Shown here one piece after another: positions 1 to 9,980 of a DNA stretch of 64,000 bases (its first letter is position 1; each line of letters begins with the position of its first letter). A program made the translations under genes and the position numbers. The DNA comes from an uncultured Gammaproteobacteria bacterium. GTDB lineage: Bacteria > Patescibacteriota > Patescibacteriia > Patescibacteriales > UBA12075. A model generated the notes under the pieces. It saw only the letters and a list, made by a program, of their open reading frames with translations. It did no database searches and was not told where the DNA came from. The stretch covers positions 47,592-111,591 of the forward strand of contig CAYWNT010000003.1 of the NCBI GenBank assembly GCA_964459725.1, given 5' to 3'.

Positions 1-240
1 AACAAAGCAATATTTCTTGAGCATGCAATAACTTTTTACAAGAATGATTAGTGGCTTGTCTTTTTCTCTCTTTTTTGCCTTATAAACTTTTTTTACTGCA
101 TCTTTATCTGTGGCAACACAGCCTAATCCATAGATTGTATCTGTCGGATATGCCACAACCATTCCGCGCAAAAAAGAATCAACTATAATGTTGATTTCTT
201 CTTCGCTTATTTTATTTAAGCTGGTTTTCAAGATTTGCAC
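1..240 (-). CDS. L-threonylcarbamoyladenylate synthase TsaC/Sua5/YrdC family, N-terminal part. Gene continues beyond the window start.
   Basis: Own translation of the minus strand from GTG at 240: VQILKTSLNKISEEEINIIVDSFLRGMVVAYPTDTIYGLGCVATDKDAVKKVYKAKKREKDKPLIILV. The (V/I)AYPT(D/E)T(I/V)(Y/F)GLGC motif is the YrdC/Sua5 signature. Not in the ORF track because no stop codon lies in the window. Confidence 0.55.
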   Translation of the reverse strand, partial: MQILKTSLNKISEEEINIIVDSFLRGMVVAYPTDTIYGLGCVATDKDAVKKVYKAKKREKDKPLIILVKSYCMLKKYCFV

Positions 241-257
241 TTTATTTAACTAACCAA

Positions 258-446
258 TTAAAATCCGCACGCACAACCACTACAACTTCCAGAAGAGCAA
301 CCTACTTCTGTTATCTTCTGCTCGATATCAGCTGACTTGCAGGTAGGGCAAATAAAAATACTCGGATCATTTTTTTCTTTTTCTTCAAGGCTGGCCTTGA
401 TCTCAAATTTCTCACCGCATTTACGGCAAACATATACATAAGTCAT
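258..446 (-). CDS. FmdB-family zinc-ribbon protein (CxxC...CxxC with a Cys/Gly-rich tail)
   Basis: 62 aa; MTYVYVCRKCGEKFE...CPTCKS...GSCSGCACGF is typical of FmdB/putative regulatory zinc-ribbon proteins. Confidence 0.55.
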   Translation of the reverse strand: MTYVYVCRKCGEKFEIKASLEEKEKNDPSIFICPTCKSADIEQKITEVGCSSGSCSGCACGF

Positions 447-467
447 ATAATTTTAAATATTATTAAA

Positions 468-2228
468 TTAATTTCTTTTTATTATTTTTTCTTTTATTTC
501 ATCAATAAAATCTTTCTTGCTTATCTCTCTGGTGTCATTCTGGCCACGATCTCGAACTGATAACTTCTCTGACTTCAATTCCTTATCTCCTATCACTAAT
601 ACATAAGGCACTTTTTCCTGAGTTGCTTTTCTAATTTTATTTCCCACTGTCTCACTATGATCATCCACCTCCACACGAACACCCCCTTCTCTGAGCTCAC
701 CTGCAAGCTTGTGGCAATGCTCAATGTGTCCTTCGCCTACTGATATTATTTTTACCTGCACTGGTGATAGCCAGACTGGGAATTTTCCTGCATATCTCTC
801 TATTAAAAAAGCCATTGTTCTTTCAAGACATCCGATTGAAGAGCGATGAATAACCATTGGTCTCACTTTTTTATCATTTTTATCTATATAGGACATGTCG
901 AATCTATCCGGCATGGCAAAATCAATCTGCACTGTAAATGCTGTATCCTCTTTTCCGTTAACGTTTCTCATTTGAACATCTAATTTCGGCCCATAAAAAG
1001 CAGCCTCATCTTCCGCTTCAACATATTCTAACTTCATTTTATCAAGAATCTTTTTCATCGAACCTTGTGATTTGTGCCATGATTCCGGATCATCAATATA
1101 TTTTTCTTTATTATTTGGATCCCATTTTGAAAATCGATATGAATAATCTTCGATACCAAGAGCCTTCATACCATATTGAACCAAGTCAACCACATCTTCA
1201 AACTCTTTCTCCAGCTGATCAGGTCTGCATATTATATGTGCATCAACAAGAGAAAAGCTCATCACCCTGATCAACCCAGAAAGTTCTCCAGATTGCTCCC
1301 TTCTGTAAAGCTTGGCAATTTCTGCATATCTGATTGGCAGCTCCTTGTAACTTCTTGGCCTAGAATTATAAATCATAAATTGATGAGGGCAAGTCATTGG
1401 CCGCAGCACATACTCATCACCTTCTATCTCCATTGATGGATACATATCTTCTTTAAAATGATCCCAATGTCCAGATTTCTTATACAAATCAACCTTGGCT
1501 AAATCTGGGGTGTATGTTCTGTGGTAACCTCTCTTTGTTTCTTCATCAACGATAAATCTTTCTAGTTCTTGTCTAATTATTGACCCCTTTGGAGTGAGCA
1601 AGGGCAATCCACTTCCCACTAACTTAGAAGTGACAAAAAGATCAAGCTCGCTGCCTAATTTCCTATGATCTCTCTCGGCTGCCTCTTTCATCATTTCGAT
1701 ATGCTTCTTTAATTCTTCGTTTGTTTCGAATGCAAGTCCGTAAATACGAGTAAGCATTTTATTTTTCTCATCACCCTTCCAGTATGCACCAGCGATTTTA
1801 TTCAGCTTGAAACTACCTTTATTTATTTCTTTTGTTGATTCCACATGAGGTCCACTGCATAAATCCTCAAAATTTCCTGATTTATAATAACTTACTTTTG
1901 TTTTACCGTCACCTTTTAAATCCTCTATTAACTCTACCTTATACTTCTGTTTGCGATTTTTTTCCTTGGCAATTGCCTCATTTGCGCTAACCTCCTCTTT
2001 CTCAAACTTGATATTCTGCTTTACTAGATGGTTCATTTTCTTCTCGATCTTTTTTAAATCTTCTTCGTTTACTTTTTCTTCTCCAAAATCAAAATCATAA
2101 TAAAATCCATTTTCTGCCGCTGGACCAATTGCAAATTTCACTTCTGGCCATAACTCACTCACGGCCATAGCAAGAATATGCGACAATGAATGACGCTTAA
2201 CTTCTATTTGTTCGTATTTTTTTTCCAT
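468..2228 (-). CDS. thrS: threonyl-tRNA synthetase
   Basis: 586 aa; class II aaRS core and ThrRS C-terminal anticodon-binding domain (HRSSIGCLERTMAFLIERYAGKFPVWLSPVQVKI); N-terminal editing/TGS-like region. Confidence 0.95.
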   Translation of the reverse strand: MEKKYEQIEVKRHSLSHILAMAVSELWPEVKFAIGPAAENGFYYDFDFGEEKVNEEDLKKIEKKMNHLVKQNIKFEKEEVSANEAIAKEKNRKQKYKVELIEDLKGDGKTKVSYYKSGNFEDLCSGPHVESTKEINKGSFKLNKIAGAYWKGDEKNKMLTRIYGLAFETNEELKKHIEMMKEAAERDHRKLGSELDLFVTSKLVGSGLPLLTPKGSIIRQELERFIVDEETKRGYHRTYTPDLAKVDLYKKSGHWDHFKEDMYPSMEIEGDEYVLRPMTCPHQFMIYNSRPRSYKELPIRYAEIAKLYRREQSGELSGLIRVMSFSLVDAHIICRPDQLEKEFEDVVDLVQYGMKALGIEDYSYRFSKWDPNNKEKYIDDPESWHKSQGSMKKILDKMKLEYVEAEDEAAFYGPKLDVQMRNVNGKEDTAFTVQIDFAMPDRFDMSYIDKNDKKVRPMVIHRSSIGCLERTMAFLIERYAGKFPVWLSPVQVKIISVGEGHIEHCHKLAGELREGGVRVEVDDHSETVGNKIRKATQEKVPYVLVIGDKELKSEKLSVRDRGQNDTREISKKDFIDEIKEKIIKRN

Positions 2229-2463
2229 ATTATTAAATTTAATATAGTATTATAAAGACATTTTTTTAATAAAAAAACCTCATCCTAATACACTAAAATA
2301 ATGTACTGGGACGAGGCATTTCCCCGCGGTTCCACCCAGTTTCCTGGAAAAACCAGGCAACTTTGAACTTATATTTTCAAACTTAGCTCCATATACTTAT
2401 GAAATACTGCATAACCAATATGCAGCCTTGTGGTTGGTAGCCACAACAATCATTTGAGAAATA
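2229..2463 (-). promoter_or_regulatory. T-box riboswitch leader of thrS, with putative promoter and intrinsic terminator
   Basis: Plus-strand cgcggttccaccc agttt at 2325-2342 is the reverse complement of the T-box consensus AAnnnGGGUGGnACCGCG. Immediately downstream on the minus strand is a hairpin (2278-2316, CCUCGUCC...GGAUGAGG with one G-U pair) followed by U7 (plus A-run 2271-2277), a terminator. Upstream are the hairpin cctgg-aaaaa-ccagg (2342-2356) and a long stem at 2417-2450. Putative promoter on the minus strand: TTGACT (plus 2494-2499), 17 nt spacer, TATATT (plus 2471-2476). Confidence 0.6.
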
Positions 2464-2508
2464 TAATTTAAATATATAATATTATTTATCTATAGTCAAT
2501 TCCCCTGT

Positions 2509-4113
2509 CTATTTCCTAATTTCTATTTCAATGCTATCAGAAAGCCAAACCTTTTGTAAAAAAGAAGGCATAAACGACGGATAAAAACTTACCTCATGAC
2601 CGGAAAGACCTGGTACATCCTTTAGATACGCTTCCAGCTGATTTTTCTTGAGTCCTACTAAACGATCTTTGCTTATTATTTCAGCATCTCCTTTTAGACT
2701 AACTCGCCCTTCAAATGTCGAGTTGATAGTAGCGTGCTGGCTGCTGAGATCATAATTATTGAGAGAATACTCTATATTCTCATCATCAAAACTTACCAAC
2801 TCTTTGGCCTCTGACAATGACGACCTTATTTTCTTCTCAGCGAGATCGGCTGTTTTTTCGCTATTAAAAGCGACCACAACAACACTGGCCTCCATTGTCG
2901 CTTGGAATTCATCTTTTTCATCTCCAATTTCTGAATCTACATCAATTTCTGCTGAACTATTGGCAATATCATAAATTACTTTATCATAATCATCATACTC
3001 TTCTCCAATTTTCTTTTGAGCTGCAAGCAAAATATTTTTCTTTAGCATTCTTTTCGCATTTTCAATATCATCCTCTACGATATATTTTTTTACTTTTTGT
3101 CTGTAGACTACATCTGTCTTGCTTTCTGCAAATACCTTATCCTGAAGACCAGCCCATAATCCTGGGATTGTGAATTTACTAGGTCCGATTGCCATCTCTC
3201 TGCTTGCCTCATCGGCATATATCTCAACATCAACACTTCCACCCACTGGCACATTTACTGTATTTTTTATACGGAACAATTTACCATCGTTACTAAGAAG
3301 TCTTGTAGTGGCTACTAGAGGCTGAACTTTTGTGTAGTTATTATAAATAGTAACTGAACCGACTGCTTCTTTCCCAATAATCTCCTCCCCGGTAGAGCTA
3401 AACTCTTTTGAATCCTCTACCTTTATCTCTCTAACAATTCCCAAAACAGTACTACCTATCACCTCCTCTTCGGTGCTTACGTCTTTTACATCGAAAATTA
3501 GATTATTACTTGTTCTCTCCAAATTCGGAATTAATACAATATTAACACGCACAAATGTAAAGTAAAAAACAAAGAATAAAACCAACAACACACAAGCAAT
3601 AAAGAAGTATACGATTCGCTTGTAGAGCTTGAATGATTTTTTTGTCGGAGGCGGTGCAGTGTCGTCTTGAGAGACTTCTTCGGTTTTCTCACTATTCAAA
3701 GATTCTGTGATTTTTTTTACAGCGCTACTTTCTCCCCATAATCCATTCTCATCTTTGCCTTCTGGTTTTTCTTCTTCTTGTGCTGCCTGGCTAAAACTTG
3801 CCTGTCCTGAGCTTGTCGAGGTGGTCGAAAGGTCATCTTTTCCCTCATCTTCAATAACTGGCTCGGTACTATCTCCTTCTGGTTCCATTTTTTCAGTCTC
3901 CAAAACCTTGCTTTTTCCTTTTATCTTAATATCAATGTCTACTTCTTCTGGCTCATCTAATTCTTCTACAATTTTTGTCTTTTCTTTTGGCTGACTCTTT
4001 TTAGTAACCTTTTTAGGACTTTTCACTTTTTTTGGGGATGGCTTTGCTGTTTTTCCGGCAGCTTTGGAAGTTTTCTTTTGAGTACTTTTTATTGATATTT
4101 TTTTAGTAGCCAT
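2509..4113 (-). CDS. hypothetical single-pass membrane protein with lysine-rich histone-H1-like cytoplasmic tail and large extracytoplasmic domain
   Basis: 534 aa; N-terminal KK/PKK-rich low-complexity region, acidic linker, one TM helix (IVYFFIACVLLVLFFVFYFTFV), then a ~350-aa domain. No motif recognised. Confidence 0.6.
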   Translation of the reverse strand: MATKKISIKSTQKKTSKAAGKTAKPSPKKVKSPKKVTKKSQPKEKTKIVEELDEPEEVDIDIKIKGKSKVLETEKMEPEGDSTEPVIEDEGKDDLSTTSTSSGQASFSQAAQEEEKPEGKDENGLWGESSAVKKITESLNSEKTEEVSQDDTAPPPTKKSFKLYKRIVYFFIACVLLVLFFVFYFTFVRVNIVLIPNLERTSNNLIFDVKDVSTEEEVIGSTVLGIVREIKVEDSKEFSSTGEEIIGKEAVGSVTIYNNYTKVQPLVATTRLLSNDGKLFRIKNTVNVPVGGSVDVEIYADEASREMAIGPSKFTIPGLWAGLQDKVFAESKTDVVYRQKVKKYIVEDDIENAKRMLKKNILLAAQKKIGEEYDDYDKVIYDIANSSAEIDVDSEIGDEKDEFQATMEASVVVVAFNSEKTADLAEKKIRSSLSEAKELVSFDDENIEYSLNNYDLSSQHATINSTFEGRVSLKGDAEIISKDRLVGLKKNQLEAYLKDVPGLSGHEVSFYPSFMPSFLQKVWLSDSIEIEIRK

Positions 4114-4219
4114 GTCTTTTTTTATAAAATAAATTTTAAAATATTATAAAGTTCTATAAAACTAACTATAACAAATTTTCAAATATTTGTCCAACACCAA
4201 AAAATAATTGTTTTATAAA

Positions 4220-7200
4220 CTACGCAATTTGTATTTGATCACCTAGCCTGTTTTTCAATTCTGTAATCAAATAAGGAGTGTGCGCGATCCTGAAGTCTGT
4301 TTCGAGCACCTTTTTATCCCCGTTCAAGCTTATCTCAAAAATCACCTTGCTCTCACCGGAATATTTATTAAAAATATCTTTAAGCCTTTCCAGTTGTCCG
4401 GCCTCAATTGATTTTGTAAAAATTATTTTCAAATCTTTAATTGGTGTATAATTTCTGGCTTTAGTGCTGCCTCCGTTTGCCAAATTCAATTTTCCCACCA
4501 CCTCTTTTATATTTCTCAAACTTACTCCGAAGGCAGTATTGGCGAGTAGCTTAGTCTCTCCATCCTTATCTGACAATTTACCCTGACAAATAACAACCTT
4601 ACCCTCTTTCCAGATATTATAAGTGTCTTTGTATAGATTTGGGAACACCAGAATTTCCAAACCCCCTGTATCGTCTTCAATTTTTACAAAAAGCATGGAC
4701 TTGCTATTTCTGGTGATAATTTTTTGAACCTTAGTTATGATTCCTGCGATAGTGATAGGTTTTTCTCCTGCCTTGGGTATATCTTTTATTGGTTCGATTA
4801 TGCCTTTTAACTCCTCTTTAAAATCAGAAAAAGGGTGAGCAGAAACATAGAGGCCTAGGAGTTCTTTTTCCCAACCAAGTTTGGCCTGCTTATCGATGGC
4901 CGGAAACTCATCAAGTCTGACCTTGGCACCAGTTTCAATATTAGCTGCATCAGCAAATAGGCTTATTTGCTTACTATTTTTCTCTTTGGCTACTTCCTTG
5001 TTGTAGTTCAGTAGATTCTCCACATTACCAAGCAATAATCCCCTTTCTCCAAAATTATCCATTGCCCCACTCTTTATCAAGCTTTCAATAGATTTTTTAT
5101 TTAAATCCTTATCTGTTATCCTTTCCAAAAAATCGCTCAAATCCTTGAAGTTCCCACTTCTCTTTCTTTCGTCTATAATAACTTCAGCAATATGCTCACC
5201 TATGTTCTTTACCGCCGACAACCCAAATCTAATCGTGTCTCCTGATTTTTCTTTGCCAACCAATTTTCCATTATCAAATTCTGATTTTACAACTGTAAAT
5301 GATTCAAACGACTGATCAACATCAGGTCTTTTTACCTCGATGTTCATTCTCTGACATTCTTCAATTTCTACTGCCAATCTGTCGATATTTTGCTGATCAG
5401 AAACCAAGAGAGCCGCCATAAACTCAGTTGGAAAATGTGCCTTAAGGTAGGCTGTCTGATATCCAATCAAGGCATAGCACGCTGCGTGACTACGGTTAAA
5501 ACCATACCCGGCAAAAGGCTCAATAAATGAAAATATTTTCTTGGCCAATGTCTCGTTTATACCATTAGCAACACAACCTTTGATAAACTTATCCTTCTGT
5601 TCGTTTAAAAGTTTTATAATCTTTTTTCCTACCGCTTTTCTCAAAACATCAGCCTCGGCCATAGTGAATCCTGCCAAATCTCTGGCCATTTGCATTACTT
5701 GCTCCTGGTAAATCGCAACTCCATAAGTTTTTTTGAGAATTGGTTCAAGTTTCGGATGAAGATATGTTGGTTTTTTCCTGCCATGTTTTCCGGAAATATA
5801 ATCAGGTATCCATTCCATTGGTCCTGGACGGTAGAGGGCCACCATAGCGATAACATCCTCAAACTCCGTAGGTTTGAGCTCTCGTAGATACCTCTTCATG
5901 CCGCTGGACTCAAACTGAAAAACACCCGTAGTTTCACCATTGGCAAAGAGTTCGTAAGTCTTCTTATCATCTAGCGGTATTTTCTCGATATCAACCTCAT
6001 CCCCACGAGTACCTTTTATAATCCTAATAGCTGATTCTATAACAGTTAGGTTTTTAAGTCCTAGAAAATCCATTTTCAAGAGCCCAAGATCCTCTGTCGG
6101 ATGCAGTGAGTATTGTGACACTATACTCTTATCAGAAGATGATGCGTACTGGACTGGGACATTCTCTGTCAACGGATCCTTGGTAATCAGAACTCCGCAG
6201 GCATGTGTAGAAGAGTGTCTAGACACTCCTTCGAGGCGACGAGCATAATCAACAACGGTTTTTGCAGTTTCGTCATTATTATACATTTGTTTGAACTCAT
6301 CAACCGTTTCAATGGCTTCGTCTATCTTGGTAAACATCGGAATAGCCTTTGATAGCTTGTCGCAATAATCATAAGGCACATCCAAGACACGGCCCACATC
6401 CTTTACCGCAGCTCTGGCCGCCATAGTTCCAAAAGTAATTATCTGAGATACGTGATCTTTTCCATATTTCTCTTCCACATAATTAATAACTTCATCACGC
6501 CTTGTATCAGCAAAGTCGAGGTCAATATCAGGCATGGAAACACGATCCGGGTTCAAAAATCGCTCAAACAAAAGACCATATTGGAGTGGATCCAAATTTG
6601 TAATTCCGGTCAGATAGCAAACCAGAGATCCAGCAGCGCTTCCCCTTCCGGGTCCGACTACTATCCCCTGATCCTTAGCCCAACTAACAAAATCAGCTAC
6701 AATTAAAAAATATGAAGGCCAGCCCATTTTTCCGATAACCGACAATTCATAATCCATTCTCTCGCGGATCTCTTGACTCACCTCTTTGTAGGTCTTTCCA
6801 TATCTCTTCACCAGGCCGTCTTCACATATTTTCCTAAAATAAGAATCCTCGTCATACCCATCTGGCACTTCAAAGTATGGCAACTGAACTTTTCCTAGCT
6901 CAATTTCAACATTACATTTTTCTGCGATTTTTACTGTATTCTCTATTGCCTCTGGGATATCCTTGAAGTCTTCAATCATTTGCGCAGTAGTTCTCATGGA
7001 AAAATCATTTCCGGTCATGCACATTCTGTTTGCATCATCCTTCTTTTTCTTGTTTTGCATACAAAGCAGGATGTCCTGTGCCTCATCATCCTCCTTTTTC
7101 AGATAGTGAGTATCATTGGTGGCGACCACGGGAATACCTAGCTCCTTTGACATTTTTATCAACTCTTTGTTGACCTCCTCTTGACTCTCGAGATTTGGGT

Positions 7201-7732
7201 GACGCTGTAGTTCAAAATAAAAATTATCCTGACCAAAGAGTTCATTATATTCCAAAGCTCTCTTCTTGGCTTTTTCAATCTTGCCAGCCCTAATAAGTGC
7301 AGGTATTTCTCCCCCGATACACGCGGTACACGCAATAAGTCCTTCGCTGTGCTTTTGTAGTACTTCCCAGTCAATTCTTGGCTTATAATAAAATCCCTCC
7401 AAATGCGCGATTGAAGTGAGCTTGATTAGATTCTTGTATCCTTTATTGTTCTTTGCAAGGAGAAGTAGATGATAATTTCTCTTCTCATTATCCCGAGTTA
7501 TTTTGTCGAATCTGGAGTCCGGAGCCAAGTAAGCCTCCACACCGATGATGGGATTGATGCCGGCCTTTTTGCACTGCTGATAAAAATCAATCGCCCCATA
7601 CATAACTCCATGATCTGTTATAGCCACAGAAGTAGAACCTTGTTCTTTGACAAAATCAATAAGCTCATCAATCTTTGTTAAGCCGTCAAGCAAAGAGTAA
7701 TGAGTATGGACATGGAGATGGACAAATTTCAT
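4220..7732 (-). CDS. dnaE: DNA polymerase III alpha subunit
   Basis: 1170 aa; N-terminal PHP domain (HLHVHTHYSLLDG), polymerase core and C-terminal OB fold; length typical of DnaE. Confidence 0.95.
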   Translation of the reverse strand: MKFVHLHVHTHYSLLDGLTKIDELIDFVKEQGSTSVAITDHGVMYGAIDFYQQCKKAGINPIIGVEAYLAPDSRFDKITRDNEKRNYHLLLLAKNNKGYKNLIKLTSIAHLEGFYYKPRIDWEVLQKHSEGLIACTACIGGEIPALIRAGKIEKAKKRALEYNELFGQDNFYFELQRHPNLESQEEVNKELIKMSKELGIPVVATNDTHYLKKEDDEAQDILLCMQNKKKKDDANRMCMTGNDFSMRTTAQMIEDFKDIPEAIENTVKIAEKCNVEIELGKVQLPYFEVPDGYDEDSYFRKICEDGLVKRYGKTYKEVSQEIRERMDYELSVIGKMGWPSYFLIVADFVSWAKDQGIVVGPGRGSAAGSLVCYLTGITNLDPLQYGLLFERFLNPDRVSMPDIDLDFADTRRDEVINYVEEKYGKDHVSQIITFGTMAARAAVKDVGRVLDVPYDYCDKLSKAIPMFTKIDEAIETVDEFKQMYNNDETAKTVVDYARRLEGVSRHSSTHACGVLITKDPLTENVPVQYASSSDKSIVSQYSLHPTEDLGLLKMDFLGLKNLTVIESAIRIIKGTRGDEVDIEKIPLDDKKTYELFANGETTGVFQFESSGMKRYLRELKPTEFEDVIAMVALYRPGPMEWIPDYISGKHGRKKPTYLHPKLEPILKKTYGVAIYQEQVMQMARDLAGFTMAEADVLRKAVGKKIIKLLNEQKDKFIKGCVANGINETLAKKIFSFIEPFAGYGFNRSHAACYALIGYQTAYLKAHFPTEFMAALLVSDQQNIDRLAVEIEECQRMNIEVKRPDVDQSFESFTVVKSEFDNGKLVGKEKSGDTIRFGLSAVKNIGEHIAEVIIDERKRSGNFKDLSDFLERITDKDLNKKSIESLIKSGAMDNFGERGLLLGNVENLLNYNKEVAKEKNSKQISLFADAANIETGAKVRLDEFPAIDKQAKLGWEKELLGLYVSAHPFSDFKEELKGIIEPIKDIPKAGEKPITIAGIITKVQKIITRNSKSMLFVKIEDDTGGLEILVFPNLYKDTYNIWKEGKVVICQGKLSDKDGETKLLANTAFGVSLRNIKEVVGKLNLANGGSTKARNYTPIKDLKIIFTKSIEAGQLERLKDIFNKYSGESKVIFEISLNGDKKVLETDFRIAHTPYLITELKNRLGDQIQIA

Positions 7733-7838
7733 ATTTAAAACTGAGATTTATTATATTTGAAGTATTTCTATTTGTTTAATATATTATATTATTGTGTTTT
7801 TGGCAAATAAAAAATACAATTTTCTCCACTTACAGATA

Positions 7839-7880
7839 AATGTTGTAAAAAGTTCGCGGCCGTGAACTTTTTACAACATT
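7839..7880. terminator. AT-arm/GC-core palindrome (ttgtaaaaagttcgcggccgtgaactttttacaa); probable terminator or operator between the TraB-like gene and the dnaE start
   Basis: Near-perfect 17-bp arms with one G-U position; same architecture as the palindromes at 37685-37741 and 21463-21496. Confidence 0.4.
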
Positions 7881-7898
7881 TAAATTTATATTTGGATT

Positions 7899-7934
7899 AA
7901 AAAAATACAGAGCACGATTTTAAACCGTGCTCTG
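7899..7934 (-). terminator. rho-independent terminator downstream of the 8027-8539 gene
   Basis: 9-bp stem cagagcacg/cgtgctctg with loop attttaaac; a T-run follows on the minus strand (plus A-run 7899-7906). Confidence 0.5.
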
Positions 7935-8026
7935 TTAAAGAAAAAATACGCTCGTCTAAATTTAATATAATAAGTCAAGCAAGGACACTGGAACGCGCAA
8001 CCATTGTGCGGTGAGTTGTTATACGA

Positions 8027-8539
8027 TTATCGAAAAGGAAAAATTGCATTTTTAATATTCTCTTCAAAAAAATTCAAATGGGCGCACCCGGTTATTATTA
8101 AAACTACACCCTGCTCAACCATTACTTTGTTTATATTGTTAAGCATCTCAATTTCGCGATCTCGTTCTTTTTGTTGGTCTGTAATATCACCCACATTAAG
8201 CAATTTCTCTTTTTCAACCTGATTAAAGTCTCTCCATGAATAATTACTAATTATTTCTTTTTGCTTCGCAATTAAATTTTGGTTATCCCTGTCCGTAACT
8301 CCCTTCTTGAATACGTCTATTTTAGAATCAAAACCGTTTACTTTTATCTTATTTTCTGTCGCCCATTTATACGCAAAAATCATCTCAGGTGGATATTCTG
8401 AAATGTTGTTATTATTTATATCACCCTGATTAATTTCGGATAATATCTGAGTTGGCTTATAATTTAAAAATATTTCTTCAAGATCTTTATTTGGCGTTAA
8501 TCCTACATGAAGAGTGCCGATAATTATAATTTTTAACAT
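8027..8539 (-). CDS. hypothetical protein, possibly a short TraB/GumN/Tiki-family member
   Basis: 170 aa; N-terminal IIIGTLHVG and C-terminal ITGCAHL resemble the GTxH...GxxHL pair of the TraB/Tiki family. Weak recollection-based call. Confidence 0.35.
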   Translation of the reverse strand: MLKIIIIGTLHVGLTPNKDLEEIFLNYKPTQILSEINQGDINNNNISEYPPEMIFAYKWATENKIKVNGFDSKIDVFKKGVTDRDNQNLIAKQKEIISNYSWRDFNQVEKEKLLNVGDITDQQKERDREIEMLNNINKVMVEQGVVLIITGCAHLNFFEENIKNAIFPFR

Positions 8540-8607
8540 ATAAATAATTTATTATTCGCTAGACAACTTCGCAATATTCAGGAATATCTAGAATTTTTAA
8601 ATTGCGC

Positions 8608-8640
8608 TTGACAGGAATAGAATAATATGCTATGCTAATC
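8608..8640 (+). promoter_or_regulatory. sigma-70-like promoter for the 8681 gene
   Basis: TTGACA, 17 nt spacer, TATGCT; GAGGTG RBS 5 nt before the ATG at 8681. Confidence 0.35.
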
Positions 8641-8680
8641 AAAATTCACCTAACCGCAAACTTAAAAATAGAGGTGTGTT

Positions 8681-9094
8681 ATGAAATGGATTGGAATAAT
8701 ACTATTATTGATCCCTGCGACAATGCTTTTGTTTCTTTTTATTAGCTCATTTACATCTATCACCAAAGCAGTACTTCCCATTATTATCAGAAGGGAACAA
8801 AATGTTTTTCCGGCCTTACTGCAGAATATTAAAAACGATGCATATGGCATATTAAGCATAAGAGATATAGCATGGCTAATAAGAACCGCTGTGAAACTTA
8901 GGATTACTTCTTGGAAAAAATTAGGTTCAAGCAGAGAAGAGTTGGACAACTTCATTGAAAGAGTGGAAATTCTAGAATTGGCAAGAATAGTGAAACCCAC
9001 ATCTTCTGACGGAACTAAATTGATGTTAGCAAATAAAATAAGCGCTGCCATCGAAAAAGGGATAATTACCCATGAAGAAATTACCCAACAATAA
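8681..9094 (+). CDS. hypothetical membrane-anchored protein (plus-strand reading preferred over the antisense 8662-9099 ORF)
   Basis: 137 aa; good RBS, upstream promoter-like hexamers, strong downstream terminator on the plus strand. The antisense ORF has a low-complexity S/L/F-rich composition. Confidence 0.5.
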   Translation: MKWIGIILLLIPATMLLFLFISSFTSITKAVLPIIIRREQNVFPALLQNIKNDAYGILSIRDIAWLIRTAVKLRITSWKKLGSSREELDNFIERVEILELARIVKPTSSDGTKLMLANKISAAIEKGIITHEEITQQ

Positions 9095-9101
9095 CTCAAC
9101 C

Positions 9102-9138
9102 GTCGCTAACGAGACAATTCTCGTTGGCGACTTTTTTT
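9102..9138 (+). terminator. rho-independent terminator
   Basis: 13-bp stem gtcgctaacgaga/tctcgttggcgac, loop caattc, then T7. Confidence 0.65.
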
Positions 9139-9141
9139 ATT

Positions 9142-9573
9142 TTAAAAAGTTTTATTCAGTATCACAGAATTACAAAAATGACTCTTAACTTCTTCGTATT
9201 TTTGCTTTCCAATATCTTTGGGATAATCTTTGGTGCCTATACTATATTCATTATCTCTGGCTAATAGCCAATAAAAAATACCACTTTCTTTGTCAGAAAT
9301 ATCTATTTGCTCTAATTCGCTGTTTTTTTCTCCCGATATTCTATAAGCAAAATTAATATTATCATAGGCATAGACAGTATGCGTATAGCCCTCATAAAGA
9401 GTTTCTTCCTTCCCGTTTTTGAGAATGCTATCTTTTAGGTTGTAAAAACTTTTTCGCAAATTTTCTTGAGTAATACATTCTGCTGGCATATCTTTATTGC
9501 CAATAAAATAATTTACAGCAATATACCCAATTATAATTAACAGCAGTAAAAAAAAGATAATGATAATTTTCAT
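9142..9573 (-). CDS. hypothetical N-terminally anchored protein
   Basis: 143 aa; N-terminal TM (IIIFFLLLLIIIGYIAVNYF); no recognisable motif. Confidence 0.55.
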   Translation of the reverse strand: MKIIIIFFLLLLIIIGYIAVNYFIGNKDMPAECITQENLRKSFYNLKDSILKNGKEETLYEGYTHTVYAYDNINFAYRISGEKNSELEQIDISDKESGIFYWLLARDNEYSIGTKDYPKDIGKQKYEEVKSHFCNSVILNKTF

Positions 9574-9702
9574 AGGTTTATTTTTGTATTTTAATTTTTA
9601 ATAAGTATTTTTCGCATTTAGGGATTGACATTCTTATATCATTGTGCTTAACTATACTATCGTGTTAAATATATCACCAACAAACCCTACAAGGAGGGAG
9701 CA

Positions 9703-9912
9703 ATGATGTTGAAAACAACAACAAGTCCTGACGAATTATGTAGTTGCCCGAATTGCGGCGGATGTCTTCTTGTTGAAGAAGAGACGGAAGCTTGGGATGA
9801 TGCAGTATATGAGGAAAATGCAGAAAAAGTACGCATCGTGAAGTGTGAGGGGACTGAATGCAATATGGAGGTTGAGGTTACCTTAGAAACAGATACTGAA
9901 CCACCGCATTAA
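9703..9912 (+). CDS. small acidic zinc-ribbon-like protein
   Basis: 69 aa; CSCPNCGGC...CEGTEC cysteine pairs; strong RBS (AAGGAGGGAG) 6 nt upstream; terminator hairpin follows at 9939-9967 (cccgg...ccggg then T5). Confidence 0.5.
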   Translation: MMLKTTTSPDELCSCPNCGGCLLVEEETEAWDDAVYEENAEKVRIVKCEGTECNMEVEVTLETDTEPPH

Positions 9913-9980
9913 AAAGATAGTGGTTTTTATTAAACACACCCGGTGAGTAAGGCTTGCCGGGTTTTTATATTGAAAAATAA

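Noticed and set aside
1067-1436. Plus-strand ORFs (67 and 86 aa) inside thrS
   Set aside because: Fully antisense to a well-supported ThrRS coding region; no RBS; composition typical of antisense frames.
8662-9099. 145-aa minus-strand ORF overlapping the 8681-9094 plus-strand ORF
   Set aside because: The plus-strand frame has promoter-like hexamers, a GAGGTG RBS and a strong plus-strand terminator. The minus frame is S/L/F-rich low-complexity sequence typical of antisense translation. Only moderate confidence in the choice.
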